Below, piece after piece: positions 63,112-64,000 of a stretch of 64,000 nucleotides of DNA; position 1 is the stretch's first letter, and each line of letters opens with the position of its first letter. The DNA is from Candidatus Latescibacterota bacterium (GTDB lineage Bacteria; Latescibacterota; UBA2968; UBA8231). The notes beneath the pieces were generated by a model that saw only the letters and a list, made by a program, of their open reading frames with translations, did no database searches and was not told the origin of the DNA. The DNA lies in assembly GCA_965206595.1 (NCBI GenBank), contig OZ242214.1, forward strand, positions 6,752,001 to 6,816,000, given 5' to 3'. The translations under genes and the position numbers were made by a program.

Positions 63112-63933
63112 TTGAGAATCCTGAGCGACATCGCCCTCGGCAAATACATCGACACCCATTCGGTAGTTCACCGCCTCGACCCTCGCACCAAGTTCCTGTC
63201 GGCCCTCCTGCTGATGACCTCCGCCCTGACCCTCGACGCCGCCCTGCCGCTGATCCTGTTCACCGCCTTCCTGGTACTCGCAGTCCGGTTGGCGAAAATA
63301 CCGGCAACCACCCTGCTCGCGAACCTGAAACCGTTCCTGTGGCTTTTCGCCTTCACCGTCATTCTGCACGCCCTGATGACTCCCGGGCGGGTGCTGGTTC
63401 ACATCCCCGGACTGCAGTGGTCGGTATCGCACGAGGGGCTGCGCTTCGGGCTGCTGTTCTGCGGGCGTCTGGCGACGATGGTCACCGTCGCCGCCCTGAT
63501 GACCTTGACGACCCCGCCGCTGGCGTTGACCGACGGCCTCGAGCGCATGCTCCGCCCCTTGCGACGCCTCGGTTTCCCGGCCCACGAGTTCGCCATGATG
63601 ATCGCCATCGCTCTGCGCTTCATCCCGGTGCTCGCCGAGGAGGCGGAGCGCATCAGGAAGGCGCAGCTGGCGCGCGGGGCGGATTTCAGCGGGGGCCTGT
63701 TGCGGCGGGCACGACAGATGGTACCTCTACTGGTGCCGCTGTTCCTGTCGGCCTTCGACCGCGCCGACCGCCTGGCAATTGCCATGGAGAGCCGCTGTTA
63801 CCAGGGAGGTGAAGGACGCACGAGCTTTCGCGAGCTCTCCTTTTCCAGGGCGGATCTCGCCGCCGCAGCCGTCGTCGTCTCGGCCGCCGCCCTCATGGTC
63901 GTTCACTCGCTGCGACCGTTCCCGGCCCTGTGA
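63112..63933 (+). CDS. ecfT: ECF transporter transmembrane component T
   Basis: 'HRLDPRTK', 'ALRFIPVL', 'AQLARG', 'AMESRCY'. Confidence 0.92.
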   Translation: MRILSDIALGKYIDTHSVVHRLDPRTKFLSALLLMTSALTLDAALPLILFTAFLVLAVRLAKIPATTLLANLKPFLWLFAFTVILHALMTPGRVLVHIPGLQWSVSHEGLRFGLLFCGRLATMVTVAALMTLTTPPLALTDGLERMLRPLRRLGFPAHEFAMMIAIALRFIPVLAEEAERIRKAQLARGADFSGGLLRRARQMVPLLVPLFLSAFDRADRLAIAMESRCYQGGEGRTSFRELSFSRADLAAAAVVVSAAALMVVHSLRPFPAL

Positions 63934-64000
63934 GCTCCCGCACCATCCGCCTCGACCTCGAGTACGACGGCACCGATTTCCTCGGCTGGCAGATCCAGGC
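63930..64000 (+). CDS. truA: tRNA pseudouridine synthase A, 5' fragment
   Basis: GTGA overlap with ecfT; translates 'RTIRLDLEYDGTDFLGWQIQ'. Confidence 0.85.
   Translation, partial: MSSRTIRLDLEYDGTDFLGWQIQ

Noticed and set aside
41253-63812. Long antisense or alternative-frame ORFs (e.g. 41253-43421, 48365-50263, 51620-53113, 61974-63812)
   Set aside because: Shadow ORFs expected in high-GC coding DNA, overlapping well-supported genes.

Overview
GC-rich bacterial chromosomal window. The gene content (DUF6785-like membrane protein, many TIM-barrel, aldolase and Gfo/Idh/MocA enzymes) resembles Latescibacterota/Gemmatimonadota/Poribacteria-type genomes, which is an inference only. Layout: (1) 0.8-8.3 kb accessory/defence patch with an IS1595-family and an IS5-family element, an IS-split nuclease pseudogene, a Type II-like restriction-modification pair, an MNT-HEPN toxin-antitoxin (TA) pair and an AAA-DUF4143 ATPase. 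(2) 8.3-19.6 kb sugar/acid catabolism genes. (3) 19.7-32.2 kb complete type I-C CRISPR-Cas locus on the minus strand (cas3-cas5c-cas8c[+internal cas11]-cas7-cas4-cas1-cas2, leader, about 66 repeats). (4) 32.2-43.6 kb metabolic genes with two damaged TA modules and a PD-(D/E)XK nuclease. (5) 43.9-64 kb housekeeping genes (nadK, ppiD-like, opp/dpp ATPases, rnc, fab cluster, rpmF, ndk, uvrC, xerD, ecfT, truA). The most interesting signal is a set of degenerate CRISPR-repeat-like hairpins inside the cas operon, in sense orientation, at module boundaries: cas3|cas5, a repeat-spacer-repeat mini-array at cas7|cas4, and weakly cas1|cas2. This suggests Cas5c processes or regulates its own mRNA. Other highlights are a spacer encoding a TnpB-like RuvC motif, an integrase-less TA islet flanked by a 125-bp duplication of a gene 3' end, and a hicB-hicA fusion caused by a 10-bp tandem duplication. 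Several single-base frameshifts and garbled spacers may be assembly artefacts. All family calls are by eye; no searches were run.
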